Of a stretch of 41,336 nt of DNA, positions 38,562 through 41,336 are shown in pieces (the first letter of the stretch is position 1; each line of letters opens with the position of its first letter). A program made the position numbers and the translations under genes. The stretch is from Bdellovibrionota bacterium (GTDB lineage: Bacteria > Bdellovibrionota > UBA1018 > UBA923): positions 1 through 41,336 of the forward strand of contig JBFMCE010000028.1 of assembly GCA_040754655.1 (NCBI GenBank). The letters are read 5' to 3'. The notes beneath the pieces were generated by a model that made no database searches, had not been told where the DNA came from, and was given only the letters and a program-made list of their open reading frames with translations.

Positions 38562-40058
38562 TTATTGAACGGTGAGGGTCGCTTCCTTCGGCGAACCCAG
38601 CATTTCAACAGAGAGCTTTCCTGAGCGCCCGTCTTCTAGGCGTGCGGTGATGGTGTAGGTGCCGGGGTCAAGTACCTTGAAAAAGTACCCGGCCTTGTTC
38701 GTCTCGAAAGGGCGTTCCCCCTTCTTATGAGCGATCGTGCTGATGCTCAACTGAGCAAGAACGCTTTCACCCGTCGTGCCGTCTACAACATTGAGCTTGA
38801 GCAAGTTGCGATCGATGCGATCAAGAAAGTACTTCCATGCGACCCGGTGTTTCTTGAGCGTGGGATTGCGCAGCTCGTAGGGGGGTTGAAAAGCTTGGTT
38901 GACTTCGAAAGTATAGGCAAGTGCTCCGAAAGCTGCGAACATGAAATCTTTCGAGGCGCCGTCAACCGCATAGAGGATCTGCCATGAGGTTCCGGTGGTG
39001 TAATTCCCTTGGCCGCGATCAGAAGGCAAGCGTTCCGACAATTCGCCGGCGACTCGTTTCAGAAGCTCATTTTCGCCCGTCAGATCACCCTCGCAGCTGA
39101 ACGGATAGAGGATCAGTTCCCCGTACGAGTGGTACGACAGCGACGCCGCCGGGCGTATCTTCATCGCGAGATTGATCAAGGCTTGCGTTTCAGGTTCGCT
39201 CGAGGCCGATTCCCCGCGATAGGTATCCGAGCTTTTCATGCTCGACGAGCCATTGCAATCGCCCCAGCGGTAAGGGTAGTTGCGATTGATATCGACGCCA
39301 AACACCTTATTGCCTTCAGAGCGCGCGTTTTTCCTCCACCAATTGTTCTTGGTCCAGACGATGTGGTTTCCGTCGACATTGAGCATGGGCACCACCCAAA
39401 CGTTCCAACGCGTAAGTAATTGTTCGGCTCTGCGATTCTGGGCGACAACGCCTCTGAGCAAACTTTCAGCGACGTCGAGCACGATTTCCGGGGTCATGAT
39501 TTCGCGCGCGTGGTGCATGCCATCAAACAGAATCGAAGGTTTCGCGAGCGCTTTAGGATCACTTGCTTTCGGGGTTGATGAAACGAGCAGCGCCCAGATG
39601 GGCCGGCCTTCGTTTGACTTCCCGATCTGTTCGAGCCGGGTGATTTCTGGGAACTCTTCGTTCAAAGCCTTCAGGCGCCCAGTGAGGCGCTCAGGGTTGA
39701 GGTAGCGTTGATCAATGGCATCTTCCCTTTGAAAGCCCCCACCTTGTTTTTCCACGATTTTTCCGCGAATTTCACGTTTTCGCAGAGCCTTTTCGATGAC
39801 CCTCACGCCCTCATCGTTCGTGATCACCTCGATCGTGCCCTTGCGCCAGTTCACTCCTGCGACGTCAAAACGATTTCGCGTCAGCCATTTCATGATGCCA
39901 CGGGCGTTCTTCGGATGCTTGACCGGGTAATGGATCACATAACGATTCAAAGTCTCGTCGTGATTGATGAGACGTTTGTTCGCGCTTTCCGCGGCAGTCG
40001 TGGATAAAAGCAAAAATGCCGATACAACTACAAGAATTGAGTTCTTGAAACCCCTCAT
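38562..40058 (-). CDS. Secreted M14 zinc carboxypeptidase (carboxypeptidase T-like) with C-terminal beta-sandwich
   Basis: HARE (HxxE), WRKN, GVDINRNY, SEPET, YHSY, FEV; signal peptide from ATG 40058. Confidence 0.92.
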   Translation of the reverse strand: MRGFKNSILVVVSAFLLLSTTAAESANKRLINHDETLNRYVIHYPVKHPKNARGIMKWLTRNRFDVAGVNWRKGTIEVITNDEGVRVIEKALRKREIRGKIVEKQGGGFQREDAIDQRYLNPERLTGRLKALNEEFPEITRLEQIGKSNEGRPIWALLVSSTPKASDPKALAKPSILFDGMHHAREIMTPEIVLDVAESLLRGVVAQNRRAEQLLTRWNVWVVPMLNVDGNHIVWTKNNWWRKNARSEGNKVFGVDINRNYPYRWGDCNGSSSMKSSDTYRGESASSEPETQALINLAMKIRPAASLSYHSYGELILYPFSCEGDLTGENELLKRVAGELSERLPSDRGQGNYTTGTSWQILYAVDGASKDFMFAAFGALAYTFEVNQAFQPPYELRNPTLKKHRVAWKYFLDRIDRNLLKLNVVDGTTGESVLAQLSISTIAHKKGERPFETNKAGYFFKVLDPGTYTITARLEDGRSGKLSVEMLGSPKEATLTVQ

Positions 40059-40224
40059 TAGATTCCCCCCAAAATTGTTCGAACGTAAGAATTCGTTCTT
40101 AACGCTAGAAGGGGTAAAACACCTAGGCAAGACTCAATTCGCCATAAACCATCAATTTTATTTATTGTGATGCGTTATTATTGAGTGGATTTACTTGATG
40201 GAGAAGTCTCCGGGGAAAGATGAA

Positions 40225-40422
40225 TCAATCAAATTTATTTATTGGTCCGTTTCGATAAGGGCAGTGGCGGCAGCCAGAGCCACAGCACTTCCCGAGGCGC
40301 GAGAGCCTGTCGCGCGTCGCGACGAGATAACCCGTTTTCGGGTCGGTGTAGAAGTCTTCCCCCTTTTCACAGGCTTGTTCGTGCAGAAGAACAACGAGTT
40401 CGTCTAAATTGTTGTGTTTCAT
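40225..40422 (-). CDS. Small Cys-rich DUF5522-like protein
   Basis: YTDPKTGYLV...CCGSGCRHCPY; RBS GAGGT. Confidence 0.85.
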   Translation of the reverse strand: MKHNNLDELVVLLHEQACEKGEDFYTDPKTGYLVATRDRLSRLGKCCGSGCRHCPYRNGPINKFD

Positions 40423-40467
40423 TTGGATTACCTCGTTCTTGGCGGCGTCTTCCTCAAAAAGCCATTG

Positions 40468-40496
40468 TTGACTGATTGAATCAAAAATAATATAAG
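40468..40496 (+). promoter_or_regulatory. Sigma70-like promoter candidate
   Basis: TTGACT-N17-TATAAG, 12 nt before ATG 40509. Confidence 0.4.
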
Positions 40497-40508
40497 CTTA
40501 ACACTATT

Positions 40509-41267
40509 ATGAAAAGTCGAAATCTTTCGCCTCGAACCTTGAGATTCTGCTCTTTGGCGATAGCGCTTTGTTGGTTGAATCAGATTGCCTGGGCTAACTT
40601 GCAGGATCAGGGCGCTCGTTGTGAAAAAATATTTACGGCCACTGAACGGATTCATGAGGCGGATGCGCTTGCAGATATTCTTTTAAGGAAACAGGCTCGA
40701 ATCAGCGAGTTGTCTGAACGGCTCAAGAAGGTTGAAGCAGAGCTTCGCCAAACAGAGGCTAGCCTTCGTGTTTTGGACCCTGAGATCGCAGACGGGGTGG
40801 AAGCGCCCCTTTTGGGAGAGGTCTTTCTTTTGCCCTCGTCTAGAAGCAAGGTTTTGACTTTCGACGCGTTTGCAGAGCTTGTCGAGGCTCGTTCGGCAAC
40901 CTTGTCTACCGGAGAGTTCTTCGTATTTGCGCGTGAGGTGATTGATGCAGTCGATAGATTTTGGTGGGTGACGCACGTATCGATGGCTTCAAAGGTGTTT
41001 CAAACCTTGGCCCAGAGCTCAAGGGAAGTAGTTTTATCGAATCAACAAGTGGCTCTGCTCAAGCAGGCGGTGGAACGAAAAATCGAGTCTGACTTCTCAA
41101 AAAGCCTCTCTTATCCGGGCCGGCTGCAATTTTATAAAAATGACCCGCATGTCGTGCCGCTTGACCGCATGGTATGGGGCCGTAAGGCTCATTTGCTCTT
41201 GGAGCAAGAGCTCCTTCGAGATCTTTTAAAACAAGCACAAAGAGACTTTTCCGAAGTAAAGTTGTAA
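40509..41267 (+). CDS. Secreted helical/coiled-coil hypothetical protein
   Basis: Signal peptide (AWA-N) and a coiled-coil segment. Confidence 0.7.
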   Translation: MKSRNLSPRTLRFCSLAIALCWLNQIAWANLQDQGARCEKIFTATERIHEADALADILLRKQARISELSERLKKVEAELRQTEASLRVLDPEIADGVEAPLLGEVFLLPSSRSKVLTFDAFAELVEARSATLSTGEFFVFAREVIDAVDRFWWVTHVSMASKVFQTLAQSSREVVLSNQQVALLKQAVERKIESDFSKSLSYPGRLQFYKNDPHVVPLDRMVWGRKAHLLLEQELLRDLLKQAQRDFSEVKL

Positions 41268-41336
41268 TGTGAGCTTGAACCAACAATAGAAAAATGGAAA
41301 ATCATCTGACAACTCCAACAAACGAACCTGAAATAA

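Overview
Gene-dense bacterial chromosomal window of roughly 50% GC. The gene mix (many secreted or lipoprotein orphans, MEDS-domain kinases, stand-alone mreB, START, DUF5522) suggests a Bdellovibrionota/Oligoflexia-like organism; this is inference only. I found no rRNA, tRNA, CRISPR array or transposase. The left part holds two paralogous MEDS-PAS-GAF histidine kinases with single-domain response regulators, a decayed patch, a Cys-rich HTH regulator and assorted enzymes (desaturase, PQQ sugar dehydrogenase, AKR, AlkB, DksA/TraR, hutU, patatin). The centre holds secreted orphans and an XRE gene with a broken upstream partner. The best candidate for a new system is a three-gene minus-strand operon at 27129-31975. 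It encodes a PLP alpha-oxoamine synthase with an N-terminal PilZ-like domain, a multi-TM sensor kinase, and a receiver fused to an atypical class III nucleotide cyclase. A sigma28-like promoter inside an inverted repeat precedes it. The layout parallels Cqs/Lqs alpha-hydroxyketone quorum sensing but uses different parts. All family calls come from motif recognition by eye; no searches were run.
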